A DNA stretch of 64,000 nt, taken from positions 1 to 64,000 of the IMG/VR virus record IMGVR_UViG_3300027985_001318. One strand, given 5' to 3'. The notes below the pieces were generated by a model, which ran no database searches, had not been told where the DNA came from, and saw nothing but the letters and a program-made list of their open reading frames with translations. Below are positions 54,995-64,000 of the stretch, one piece after another. How positions within the stretch are numbered: the stretch's first letter is position 1; every line of letters begins with the position of its first letter. The position numbers and the translations under genes are program-made.

Positions 54995-56656
54995 ATGGCC
55001 GAAAGTACTTACGTGGTCCCGCTCTATCAGCCGGACCTCCCTTATCGAGAGCTGTTGCTTTCGCAAGTTTACACTGGACCGAGCGGTAAAGGTCGGCTGG
55101 TTCCTAATGTCGACGATAAAGTATTCGATTGGAGTTCTGGCACCACCTATCGGGTCACTGAAGTAGATACCACCACGTACCTCTCAAAGTTGGTTCCTTG
55201 GGTTGCTCCCGAAACCTCCGTTGACGTCGATACTATCGATATACTCTACGGTGTAGGTCCCTGGTATCCGTTCGAGTCGGCGTTTTGCTACATCGATACT
55301 TCTGTACTGCCGTACCGTTTGGCTGTGGACGATCGTTTGTTTTTGAAACATCGTTCAACTCAGTACGCCAAGATCTTTCTTGGCTATGACACCAGCGAAG
55401 ATACTGGGGTTGTGATCTCTAAGGTTTATGACTCCGCCGGTAACTTTGTTGGCGAGAACATACCTCTGGATCTGGTGGCTATGCCGAATGCCGAAAACTA
55501 CAGCATTCGTACTTTACGTCCAGGTCATACCACACACAAACTGAATGATGGCGACGTGGTGACCGTAGTTACCTATAACGACGCCGGTGGCGCGCTGTCC
55601 AGAACCCTGCTGACGGTAGCCAACACCTCATTCATTCGCAGTGTTGAGGCTAACCAGCGTTATATCCAGAGCATTGAGATCCTCTCTCCGTTCCGGAGCA
55701 AAACCGATCCGTTTGTGATCGAGTTTCCGCTTAACGTTACTCTCGATTCCGTCACGGTAATGGGCCGCGTCAATTATAGCGACGGCTACAAAGACTTGGC
55801 TATCGATGGCGCTAAGTTCTCTCTCTTGGGGCTGGATAGCTATGTCTCTACGATCAACGGTCAAGTACATCCGCTGACCTTGCGTTATGAAGTAGGTGAC
55901 GATGAAACTGCTTACTCAAACGCGGTGGTTGGTAATCGGTCGGTGATGGCGGCTTATAAAGCCAAGACTACGGAAGTCGATGGCGCTTACAGCGTTAAGT
56001 TGTTCGGCTTCCCATGTTGGGATCCGGGTTTGCTGCAGTACGAACTGCATTGGTTCCTCTACAACCTCGATCGCGCCACCTGGTATTACGTCGACGATTA
56101 TATCGAACTGGGCGTAAACTCAGCACCGTTCAAGCCGCGTCTATACGGTACCCAACAAGACATGGATTTCGTTATCGATCTTTCCAAGGTTGATGGACGC
56201 TTCGCTAAGGTACGTATTCCTCAGCACCTGACACTTACTTTGCTGGCTCCACCAGATAACGGTAATGATCTCTGGGGCGTTACTTATGACGCCGCTTACG
56301 ACCATCCGTTTGGTTTGGACGTATATGCTAACCTCACGCATATTTCTGGTACTAATTACAGTTGTGTGCTGAATGACGAGCATAAATACCAGGATATCTG
56401 GCTGAAGCGTTTCTACTACGACGCTTATCCTTTGATTAGCGAACGGCTCGAAACCGTACCGCCTGTACCTACCCACTTTGTGATCAACAGCAACGGTATT
56501 GAACAAGAATACCCGCTTTCTGCTTGGAACACCGAACTGGTAATCCCGGTAGCAATGGCAACTGGTCGCAATATCTACATTCATTGGATTCGCCGTGATG
56601 GTGAAAATGATCTTCATCTGGCGGTATCGGCAATCCCTGTTCGTAACGTCGGTTAA
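54995..56656 (+). CDS. Virion structural protein (phiKZ gp26-like)
   Basis: 553 aa; VYTGPSG.GR.VPNVDD, AYSVKLFGFP.W; upstream of the terminase. Confidence 0.8.
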   Translation: MAESTYVVPLYQPDLPYRELLLSQVYTGPSGKGRLVPNVDDKVFDWSSGTTYRVTEVDTTTYLSKLVPWVAPETSVDVDTIDILYGVGPWYPFESAFCYIDTSVLPYRLAVDDRLFLKHRSTQYAKIFLGYDTSEDTGVVISKVYDSAGNFVGENIPLDLVAMPNAENYSIRTLRPGHTTHKLNDGDVVTVVTYNDAGGALSRTLLTVANTSFIRSVEANQRYIQSIEILSPFRSKTDPFVIEFPLNVTLDSVTVMGRVNYSDGYKDLAIDGAKFSLLGLDSYVSTINGQVHPLTLRYEVGDDETAYSNAVVGNRSVMAAYKAKTTEVDGAYSVKLFGFPCWDPGLLQYELHWFLYNLDRATWYYVDDYIELGVNSAPFKPRLYGTQQDMDFVIDLSKVDGRFAKVRIPQHLTLTLLAPPDNGNDLWGVTYDAAYDHPFGLDVYANLTHISGTNYSCVLNDEHKYQDIWLKRFYYDAYPLISERLETVPPVPTHFVINSNGIEQEYPLSAWNTELVIPVAMATGRNIYIHWIRRDGENDLHLAVSAIPVRNVG

Positions 56657-56661
56657 TTAGC

Positions 56662-56694
56662 CAGGAGTAGGTGGGTTCTGCCCACCTACTCCTG
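56662..56694 (+). other. 14-bp hairpin immediately before the terminase SD
   Basis: CAGGAGTAGGTGGG-TTCTG-CCCACCTACTCCTG then AGGAGG; no U-tract. Confidence 0.7.
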
Positions 56695-56705
56695 AGGAGG
56701 CTCCT

Positions 56706-58901
56706 ATGATTCGTTTTTTAGACGACTGGAGACGCTTCCCAACAGCTACCGTCCATTTGGCTACGAAAAACGAGTCTTTTAAACGACTCGCTGCTTTGTA
56801 CAAAAAAATGGGCGTAAAGAATTATTACTTTATCTTGGCGTTGGAAGATCCAGATCTCACTTATGTAGATCCTCATGATAGCGAGAATCTTACTGAAGAC
56901 ATCAAAGAAAAAATTGCTATCGAAGCTAAGTTTAATGTTTGGTATTTTCTTCGAGAAGTTATACGTATACCGCCAGCTACCGGTAACGTACCTGTAAGTT
57001 ATCGGGCAAATAGAGGTAATATCGCGTTAACTTGGGCTTTCGTTACAAACGTAGATATTGCCTTGATTCAGCCACGTCAAACCGGTAAGTCGGTTTCTAC
57101 TGACTCATTGATGATTTGGTTGTTGTTCTTTGGTTTGAACAACACTACTATCTCACTGATCACTAAGGACGATAAACTGCGGGTTGCGAACATCGAGCGT
57201 CTCAAGAAAATCCGTGACCTATTGCCAGCATATCTCTGGGTTCATGATAAACTCGACGCCAATAACCAGACTGAAGTCACCTATCGTTGTTTGTCTAACA
57301 AGTACATTACTTCAGTAGCACAAAACTCGGAAACGGCAGCAAACAACGTAGCTCGTGGTAATACCGTACCTATCACTCACAACGACGAAGGTCCGTTCAT
57401 TAACTTCATCGATCAAACTTTACCAGCGGCCTTGGCGGCAGGTACTGCGGTACGTGAAGAAGCTGAACGGAACGGCACGCCGTATGGGAACATATTCACC
57501 ACCACTGCCGGTAAGAAGGACGACCGTTCCGGTGCCTTTATGTACGACTTGATTCACGGTGGGGCTCCGTGGGATGAGAAGTTCTTCGATGCTGAGAACC
57601 GAGAAGATCTCTGGCGTATTGTTAAGGCTAACTGTCGCAATCGTAAGATGATCATTAACTGCACGATGTCCCATCGGCAACTCGGTTATAGTGACGAATG
57701 GCTCTATGCGGCTATCTCCAACGTTGGTGGTACAGAGGAACAGATCAACCGTGACTTCTTCAACGTTTGGACTAGTGGTTCTGAAGGCTCTCCGCTGAGC
57801 GCTAAACTCAACGAAATCATTGCCAAGTCAGCCATTGCTCCGTTACATCAGGAAATATCAAGCGAAGGCTTTATCACGCGTTGGTATGTTCCGGAGCAGC
57901 ACATCGAAGCCGTGATGAATAGTTCCAAGTTTATCATCGGGCTCGACCCCAGCGAAGCGATAGGTCGAGATGATATCGCTATGGTAGTTATCGATATCCG
58001 GACTATGGGAGTTATTGCATCTGGTGTCTTCAACGATACTACGATTATTAACTTCAGTCACTATCTCGGTAAGTTCATGACTAAGTATAAAAACACCATA
58101 CTGGTTATCGAGCGGAAGTCCACAGGTAGTGCTATCACTGGACATCTTTGCATGATGTTGCCAGAACATGGTATCGATCCATTCCGTCGCATCTATAACC
58201 ACGTAGTCGATAATCAACACGAACGAGTTGAGGATTATCGTGCCGCCTGTAGCGATATGGCTCGTCGCGGAACTTATTTCTACGACCGTTATGTCAAGGA
58301 TTTCGGTTTCGTCACCACCGGTGATCGACGAACCCATCTGTATAGTCAGGTATTGCAAAACGCCGCGAAGAAGTCTGGCCATTTGATCAAGGACAAACTT
58401 CTGATCGGCCAGATTGCTGGCCTGGTTGTTAAGAAAGGGCGTATCGATCACTCTAGCGGCGAACATGACGACTTGGTCATTGCCTGGCTGTTGGCTTGTT
58501 GGTTCCTTACCGATGCTAAACACATCGAACACTACGGTATCGATGTCAGACAGGTCATGGCTATGGTTAGCGAAGAAACTCGTACGCTTACACCTGAGGA
58601 ACTACGTGAACGTGAGGAGCAGAAACTCATTAAGGCAGAAGTAGATAGTCTGCTTGAGAAACTGGCGATCATGAACGACGAACTGATGGTTGCTCGCGTA
58701 GAACATCGCTTGAGATACTTAGTAGATAAGCTGAAATCAAATGACGAGGCTCCTCTGAGTATTTCTGACATGTTGGCGGCAGCGGCCGATAAACGACGGA
58801 TGCGGTTTAAGCTCCGTTCTCTCGATCGCCGTGACCAGCAACGACCAGCTAATCGTTATAGTCTCGGTGCTGACGTACACACCTATCGTATCGCAGCCTA
58901 A
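56706..58901 (+). CDS. terL: Terminase large subunit (phiKZ gp25-like)
   Basis: Walker A QPRQTGKS, Walker B THNDE, coupling motif TTTAG, nuclease GLDPS and HDDLVIAW. Confidence 0.93.
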   Translation: MIRFLDDWRRFPTATVHLATKNESFKRLAALYKKMGVKNYYFILALEDPDLTYVDPHDSENLTEDIKEKIAIEAKFNVWYFLREVIRIPPATGNVPVSYRANRGNIALTWAFVTNVDIALIQPRQTGKSVSTDSLMIWLLFFGLNNTTISLITKDDKLRVANIERLKKIRDLLPAYLWVHDKLDANNQTEVTYRCLSNKYITSVAQNSETAANNVARGNTVPITHNDEGPFINFIDQTLPAALAAGTAVREEAERNGTPYGNIFTTTAGKKDDRSGAFMYDLIHGGAPWDEKFFDAENREDLWRIVKANCRNRKMIINCTMSHRQLGYSDEWLYAAISNVGGTEEQINRDFFNVWTSGSEGSPLSAKLNEIIAKSAIAPLHQEISSEGFITRWYVPEQHIEAVMNSSKFIIGLDPSEAIGRDDIAMVVIDIRTMGVIASGVFNDTTIINFSHYLGKFMTKYKNTILVIERKSTGSAITGHLCMMLPEHGIDPFRRIYNHVVDNQHERVEDYRAACSDMARRGTYFYDRYVKDFGFVTTGDRRTHLYSQVLQNAAKKSGHLIKDKLLIGQIAGLVVKKGRIDHSSGEHDDLVIAWLLACWFLTDAKHIEHYGIDVRQVMAMVSEETRTLTPEELREREEQKLIKAEVDSLLEKLAIMNDELMVARVEHRLRYLVDKLKSNDEAPLSISDMLAAAADKRRMRFKLRSLDRRDQQRPANRYSLGADVHTYRIAA

Positions 58902-58933
58902 AAAGAGGAGGGCGAAAGCCCTCCTCTTTTTTT
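58900..58933 (+). terminator. Intrinsic terminator
   Basis: AAAAGAGGAGGGC-GAAA-GCCCTCCTCTTTT plus T-run. Confidence 0.88.
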
Positions 58934-58961
58934 CCCTAAGCAATAAAACTTAAAATAAATA

Positions 58962-58987
58962 AATCTCAGACCTATATGCCTTAGATG
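58962..58987 (+). promoter_or_regulatory. Putative early (vRNAP) promoter
   Basis: AATCTCAGACCTATATGCCTTAGATG after an AT-rich tract. Confidence 0.7.
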
Positions 58988-59038
58988 AAGTAAAGGGAAA
59001 TAGATGGTCTATTTCTTACTCTAACTGAGGATACAAAA

Positions 59039-59452
59039 ATGAATATACGTCTTGTTCGTGAGGCATACCTGGTTGCTTCCAGAGACCCGCAATACTTCCT
59101 GCTCGTTAGCATGCTGACAGGAGAGTCAGCGAAGATTTTTAAACACCTCGAGCTGGTAGGGCTAGGGGACAATAGTTGGGATCGGGAGCTCAAACTGCGT
59201 AGAGCAGTAAAAGAGAAAATGGGATTCAGTTGGGATTCCGATGCAGAAAGATTTATCGAAAGGATCCTCTGTCCCAACTTGCTCAACTGGCTCCGTCGAT
59301 GGGCATTTGATAGAACGATCAGTAGTGGTCAGGTCTTCGACCTGACAGGTTTTGAACCCCGCCCTGCAGTACTGATGTCCTCACGCACTGCACATGAAGA
59401 AGCTGCGATTGCTTCTGCTCTGGCCAATTTGCACCGCGCTACTCGCGGTTAG
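59039..59452 (+). CDS. Hypothetical early protein
   Basis: 137 aa; GAGG SD. Confidence 0.7.
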   Translation: MNIRLVREAYLVASRDPQYFLLVSMLTGESAKIFKHLELVGLGDNSWDRELKLRRAVKEKMGFSWDSDAERFIERILCPNLLNWLRRWAFDRTISSGQVFDLTGFEPRPAVLMSSRTAHEEAAIASALANLHRATRG

Positions 59453-59461
59453 GAGACAACA

Positions 59462-60001
59462 ATGAATATTAAAGTAGAACTTGAGTCACTGGTAAAAGCT
59501 ATTGCTTTTACCACCAATACGTCTGGTCTGAATGAGACCAGCATCCGCTGGATGCCTGACTGGCAAACCTTCATCGGGGTCAATGACTCCGTCCATGGAA
59601 TTGGGGTAGGGATTAATTTCCCTACCAAAGGCCGGATGGTACTTTTCCACAAACTGTTGGTAATCGATTACCAACTCGCAGGGGAACTTGGATTAGTAAA
59701 CGGTGAGTTCTCTTACTGGAAGGATTGTTTCTTCCAGATCTTTGTAGAGCTGCTCGCCAAGGTACACGCCGTCGGCTGGGACGAAGACAAGCTGGTGAGC
59801 GAATTTAAGGTTCGCTTCACAGAAAGTCGTGAGCTGGCCCTCAAGACCCGTAGCGATCGCCATATGAAACTGACGTCTATAGATCTTGGCTTGGAAAGCG
59901 TCAAGCACCGACGCTCCATGAACTCAATCTGTTCTACTGGGATTATGTTCACGGTCTTCGCATTTACGTTGGGCTCTGTGATTGCAGAAGCCCGCGGCTA
60001 A
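59462..60001 (+). CDS. Hypothetical early protein with hydrophobic C-terminus
   Basis: 179 aa; AGGAG SD. Confidence 0.7.
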   Translation: MNIKVELESLVKAIAFTTNTSGLNETSIRWMPDWQTFIGVNDSVHGIGVGINFPTKGRMVLFHKLLVIDYQLAGELGLVNGEFSYWKDCFFQIFVELLAKVHAVGWDEDKLVSEFKVRFTESRELALKTRSDRHMKLTSIDLGLESVKHRRSMNSICSTGIMFTVFAFTLGSVIAEARG

Positions 60002-60029
60002 GAGGAGGGCGAAAGCCCTCCTCTTTTTT
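60000..60029 (+). terminator. Intrinsic terminator
   Basis: AAGAGGAGGGC-GAAA-GCCCTCCTCTTTTT. Confidence 0.85.
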
Positions 60030-60056
60030 AGGTCTTTTTACTTTTGGGGATAAAAA

Positions 60057-60338
60057 ATGAGAGCGCTGGTAAAGGAATATCTTGTCGTTCATGAAATCTA
60101 TTCTGAAAGACTTCGTTCTTTTGGTTTGCCGGCACCAAAGCCATATCCAAAAGAACTACTACTCACAATGAGCACCGTCGAAGCTATAAAGCTAGACGAT
60201 GAAATCAAAAGAATGAAAAAATCTTTAACTACAATTAAGAAAGAATGTCATGTTTGTCGTATGGTGGCGAAGTATTTCTTTCTGCCTATCGTAGTTATTG
60301 GTGGTCTGCTAGTTCTTTTGAACGTAATGGCTCAATAG
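60057..60338 (+). CDS. Hypothetical membrane protein
   Basis: 93 aa; CHVC motif then a C-terminal TM segment. Confidence 0.6.
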   Translation: MRALVKEYLVVHEIYSERLRSFGLPAPKPYPKELLLTMSTVEAIKLDDEIKRMKKSLTTIKKECHVCRMVAKYFFLPIVVIGGLLVLLNVMAQ

Positions 60339-60410
60339 AGTGGGATTAGATATCCCACTCTTTTTTTCGAAAAAAGCAGCATAGGGGAGGAGCCGAAGCC
60401 CCTCCCGCTA
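60337..60410. terminator. Back-to-back terminators for convergent genes
   Basis: + strand AGAGTGGGAT-TAGAT-ATCCCACTCT plus T-run; a minus-strand UUCG hairpin at 60384-60406 with a T-run nearby. Confidence 0.7.
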
Positions 60411-60414
60411 TACG

Positions 60415-61791
60415 TCATTTCGACGTATAGTAATTACGTGTCAAAGCTCGCAACAAAACATACAGTAGTACAGATGTTCTCACACCGGCTTTTACTGAGT
60501 CGTTCTTACTGGAAACTGATTTTTCCACCAACTTTTCACCTAGTTCACGCATTTTCAAAACAGCTGGATCGCTACTACGTGAGGCGGTATAGATAGCCTT
60601 CAGTTTGGAAATAATCAACGCCAAGTCGTTGACCAAGATTCCTCTGCGTTGGAGATACTCGAAAGCGTGAAGTAAAACTTCATCTACGAGGTCAGCCACG
60701 AAAGGTGTGCTGCTGTCGTTGTAGTGTTTCGACATGTACGTCAACGCTTCAGTGATAGCGTTTGTCGGAGCACCAGACATTGCATTGGATACTATCTTCA
60801 CAAGTTGCGGTTTGATAAAGCTGTTGATATCACCTACTACTGTCTGTATGTAACGGCGGTAGATCGTGAAAGCTTTGACTCGGTCGCGAATGACCTTCTC
60901 ACCTTCCAACTCCATAGTTGAAGTAGATGTTCCGATTCTTGCATTCTTCTCATGGATCTCCATGAACTCACGAGTTAGAGCTTTGATAAGCTCTCGAATA
61001 CGAGACTGGATATCGTTGACCATGTAAACGATGGCGCGATCATCTGAGTATCTTACATAAGTATTAAAGTGGATTCCGGTCTTTGCGATAATTGATTCGG
61101 CACGAGCGCGAATCAGAGCCGACCAGCTCCCGTATTGCTTGATGTCAAACTTCTTGGAAAGGCTACTGTAAGCAGCCAACGCTACTTCTCGGTCTGCCGG
61201 GTATTTGAAATACCAAGCGATCAGCGAGGTTATGAACTTGTAGTGCATGATCGAGATCAGCGCTATTTTGGTATCAAGAATAACCTGAGTGGAGAGCTTG
61301 CTGGAGGTATGGAATTTGTGCAGCAACCAGATGAAGGAATGGTTCATGGCGTCGCCAGAAACCATGAATTCTGGGTTGATCGTCGGTACTGAATGCAGAC
61401 TGTTGGTCAAAGAGATTTCATCTACATCCAGGACGTCATCAAACCATGCCAACCGATCGTCATCGGTAAAACGAACTTTGTGAACACCGATAAGAATACT
61501 GCCGAAGAACTGGATGTGTTCATCGTTCTTGGTAACGAAAGCCATAGCGTAGCGCTGGATAGCTTTGGCGAGTTTCATATCGATTTTTAGATTTGAACAC
61601 TCCGACTCAAAAACCTGGCTAATGTAATCGCCATTGGCTTTCGGATCAAAAGCTTCCAACGACAGCCACCGATGATCTTCTAAACCAAGATTATTGGAAG
61701 AAAAATCCATACTGAAGTCTTCGAGACTTAGTCCGTAATTTACCGGAGTTCTTCCGTAGGAAATTTCTCTATCAAGCGTTGCTTGTACCAT
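60415..61791 (-). CDS. Conserved phiKZ-like protein (gp32-like)
   Basis: 458 aa; NDEHIQFFGSILIGVH, FKYPAD..A.A.Y..LSKKF.IKQYGSW, VNDIQSRIR. Confidence 0.75.
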   Translation of the reverse strand: MVQATLDREISYGRTPVNYGLSLEDFSMDFSSNNLGLEDHRWLSLEAFDPKANGDYISQVFESECSNLKIDMKLAKAIQRYAMAFVTKNDEHIQFFGSILIGVHKVRFTDDDRLAWFDDVLDVDEISLTNSLHSVPTINPEFMVSGDAMNHSFIWLLHKFHTSSKLSTQVILDTKIALISIMHYKFITSLIAWYFKYPADREVALAAYSSLSKKFDIKQYGSWSALIRARAESIIAKTGIHFNTYVRYSDDRAIVYMVNDIQSRIRELIKALTREFMEIHEKNARIGTSTSTMELEGEKVIRDRVKAFTIYRRYIQTVVGDINSFIKPQLVKIVSNAMSGAPTNAITEALTYMSKHYNDSSTPFVADLVDEVLLHAFEYLQRRGILVNDLALIISKLKAIYTASRSSDPAVLKMRELGEKLVEKSVSSKNDSVKAGVRTSVLLYVLLRALTRNYYTSK

Positions 61792-61811
61792 AGTTGTTAC
61801 CGCCTGGTAAA

Positions 61812-61838
61812 AAATTACACGTCTATATCATCGAACCG
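61812..61838 (+). promoter_or_regulatory. Putative early (vRNAP) promoter
   Basis: AATTACACGTCTATATCATCGAACCG fits A-N3-CTATAT-N9-G. Confidence 0.5.
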
Positions 61839-61865
61839 GTAAAAGGGTTTAAAAGGATAACGGAA

Positions 61866-62747
61866 ATGATCAAACCATTCTACGATTTGGTCCCTTATTC
61901 CGAATTTCCGCTCCTAAAACAGCCTTTTGAGGGCATTGTTAGATGCTGCCCAATCTTTAAGGGTTTCTTTCTGCACATTGTAAAACGTGATGGAAAGTAT
62001 CGTTTCCGGTATAACAAAAATGACTGGGAAACTGAGACTAGTAAATTTGCCGATGGTCTCTGGGAGTGGTTTTCTGAGAAAGGGTGTTTCATAGAGGAGA
62101 TCTCTTTGACGTTAGAGCACAAAGTGCTCGACCAACATGAGATCATGAATTCAACCATCGATTCTCTAACAAGAGATCAGCCGCTGCGCTGGGACGATTA
62201 TCGATTAAACGTTTATTTCATCACCGGGTACGGAAAAGGGATTAAGAATTTCCGGTTTCAGCATTACGAACCTAAGAACTACTGGGAGTTAGACGAGTAC
62301 TACAGTGAAATGTCCGCTACTGGACTTTACAATGGCATTTATGTTTCCATGAAGCAACCCGATGGGTTTTGGAAACACTATGTCTATGAATTTAACTGGC
62401 TACTTACTTTCACGATCAGTAGCTTCAATAGAACCCAGGGGATTAATGGGGGAGTTACAGCTGACGGTAAAATGGTGAGAATGATTACCAAGAAAGGATC
62501 TAACTGGACCCTTGATCTTTTTGGTAATTCGCCAAAGAAAGAAATAATCGGTAAAGAAATAACAATAGTTTATCAATCATCATCCGAACACCCGTTCTTT
62601 AGTAACGGCGATGAATATACAATTTTGGTTTTATTGAACACAAGACAGGCTACTGAAGAAGAGATTGAACATACCCGCTTAAAACGCGCTATGAAGAATT
62701 TCGACACAGAGCTTAGGAAAGGTCTTCTTATCTATCAAGGAAACTGA
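61866..62747 (+). CDS. Hypothetical protein, possibly a degenerate ATP-dependent DNA ligase fold
   Basis: Start reassigned to ATG 61866 (AAGGA SD); 293 aa; ligase-like motif order but no KxDG. Confidence 0.6.
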   Translation: MIKPFYDLVPYSEFPLLKQPFEGIVRCCPIFKGFFLHIVKRDGKYRFRYNKNDWETETSKFADGLWEWFSEKGCFIEEISLTLEHKVLDQHEIMNSTIDSLTRDQPLRWDDYRLNVYFITGYGKGIKNFRFQHYEPKNYWELDEYYSEMSATGLYNGIYVSMKQPDGFWKHYVYEFNWLLTFTISSFNRTQGINGGVTADGKMVRMITKKGSNWTLDLFGNSPKKEIIGKEITIVYQSSSEHPFFSNGDEYTILVLLNTRQATEEEIEHTRLKRAMKNFDTELRKGLLIYQGN

Positions 62748-62748
62748 T

Positions 62749-63180
62749 ATGCAAGCTTCTATGGACTTTAAAGAACGTACTGGCAATTACCGACCTGGCT
62801 TCGGCGACGCCAAAATGGATGACTGGGATCGTCAGGATTCTCCAGTGATGATTTCAACCTCACGTGAAATGGATCGCGTCATCCAAAACAACGGCTTGGA
62901 ACTTCCTGATCAATTACTAGTAGTGCGAGCTTTGGCTATGATCGAGGAAGATCCTTTGTTAGTCGCCCAGGACTTTTTCTTGCTGGCTAAGATCCACCAT
63001 TTGCCGATGCTGGAACGGATTGGTCGACATTTGCTACCCAATGGCGGCCGCTGCCTCAAACCGCGCTTCGATATCTTTGAACGCAACGGCTATATGGTTT
63101 TCAAGAACACAGTTACTGGAAACTGGCACATCCGAACCAAGAAAGGTGATCTGATCTTTTTCCCCTATTACGGAGAATAG
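62749..63180 (+). CDS. Hypothetical protein
   Basis: 143 aa; AAGGA SD. Confidence 0.7.
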   Translation: MQASMDFKERTGNYRPGFGDAKMDDWDRQDSPVMISTSREMDRVIQNNGLELPDQLLVVRALAMIEEDPLLVAQDFFLLAKIHHLPMLERIGRHLLPNGGRCLKPRFDIFERNGYMVFKNTVTGNWHIRTKKGDLIFFPYYGE

Positions 63181-63683
63181 TGATGAGCAATGTACTTGAA
63201 CAAATTAAATTGATCGGGCTGCGCGATAAACTCTTTACCGGCAAGATATCTCTAGAAGAATTCATGGCCAGCGATCTCCGTATGGTCGAACTCGAAATCG
63301 ACAATAAGTTTTGGATGGAAGTCTGTATGATAAATACCTCTGGTTTTCACGCACTGGTTACTTGCTGGCGTGGTTGGTTAGGCCGTAAATTGCGTGAAAA
63401 GGTTTTGGGTAAATCTTTATCCATTAGCTGGGATATGAAATACCATATCTCCACCGATGAATTCCTGATCATTTTCCTGGTCTCTGGTTTGGATGGTCAT
63501 TACGACCACCAGCTTGAGTTTTTACTGGATGGTACTCCGGTCACCAATGAAGCTTTTGTAATAGACGCCAAAGAACGCGAGATCCTCATTCGTGAGCTCG
63601 CTGATTACAACGCTCTGCACAGATTATGCAGAGCTAATTTTACCTGGCCAGAGCCAACTGTGAAATTAACCGACTTTTCATAA
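63180..63683 (+). CDS. Hypothetical protein
   Basis: 167 aa; GGAG SD. Confidence 0.65.
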   Translation: MMSNVLEQIKLIGLRDKLFTGKISLEEFMASDLRMVELEIDNKFWMEVCMINTSGFHALVTCWRGWLGRKLREKVLGKSLSISWDMKYHISTDEFLIIFLVSGLDGHYDHQLEFLLDGTPVTNEAFVIDAKEREILIRELADYNALHRLCRANFTWPEPTVKLTDFS

Positions 63684-63694
63684 TCGAGCCTATC

Positions 63695-64000
63695 ATGAAC
63701 GACATCAACGTAATGCCGCTTTTGCAATGCTTACATTTAGGTACTCCGGTATTTGCTGCTCACGATATTTCTGAGCGGCACCTCGGACTAAATCGGTTTG
63801 AACCGCCAATGACGGCTTTGGTAACTGACACCTTTCTGTTCACGCAAGTTCTTCCGCAGGATCTTTTCAACGAAATGATCCATTACGGTTTCTACCTGAT
63901 TAACCGCTTAGATATCCCAGGAGAAGGTCAGGTAATTACCGCATGTAGTCTGTTGAACAACACTCTGCATTTTTTGATAGAGCTTCCTAAGGGAACTCCT
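63695..64000 (+). CDS. Hypothetical protein (runs off window end)
   Basis: ATG 63695; MNDINVMPLLQCLHLG... open for 102 codons to the edge. Confidence 0.55.
   Translation, partial: MNDINVMPLLQCLHLGTPVFAAHDISERHLGLNRFEPPMTALVTDTFLFTQVLPQDLFNEMIHYGFYLINRLDIPGEGQVITACSLLNNTLHFLIELPKGTP

Noticed and set aside
56706-58901. Intein or intron in terminase, SbcC, UvsX or beta'
   Set aside because: These ORFs are continuous and of expected size, with no intein splice motifs or P/Q/R/S elements seen.

Overview
This window is part of a phiKZ-related jumbo myophage genome (Chimalliviridae-like). The call rests on recalled family motifs and on gene order; no database was searched. It holds the conserved virion and morphogenesis block: a repeat-rich tail fibre, head proteins with S/A-x-E maturation sites, an SbcC-like ATPase, central spike, spanin pair, RNase HI, UvsX, three virion RNA polymerase (vRNAP) subunit genes, a 2.4k-aa tail/lytic transglycosylase protein, prohead protease, tail tube and sheath, and large terminase. 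Short accessory operons lie between these, several behind a shared A-N3-CTATAT-N9-G early-promoter-like motif. Main observations: (1) An ORF-less 396-nt group I intron (37321-37716, IA2-like) splits the vRNAP beta gene; splicing restores HDD|PKRVNF and a 1409-aa protein. (2) A structured ~120-nt candidate ncRNA lies downstream of sbcC. (3) A probably catalytically dead paralog of the prohead protease is present. (4) An ART-like protein and the protease share a C-terminal PPSASW tag after an S-L-E cleavage site, a candidate head-loading signal. (5) Two early transcripts share a covarying 5' hairpin with a GA-UGG-UC apex. (6) There is a NADAR/DUF488/HAD accessory cluster and a possible dead DNA-ligase-fold protein. 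No tRNA, rRNA, CRISPR array or IS element was recognised.
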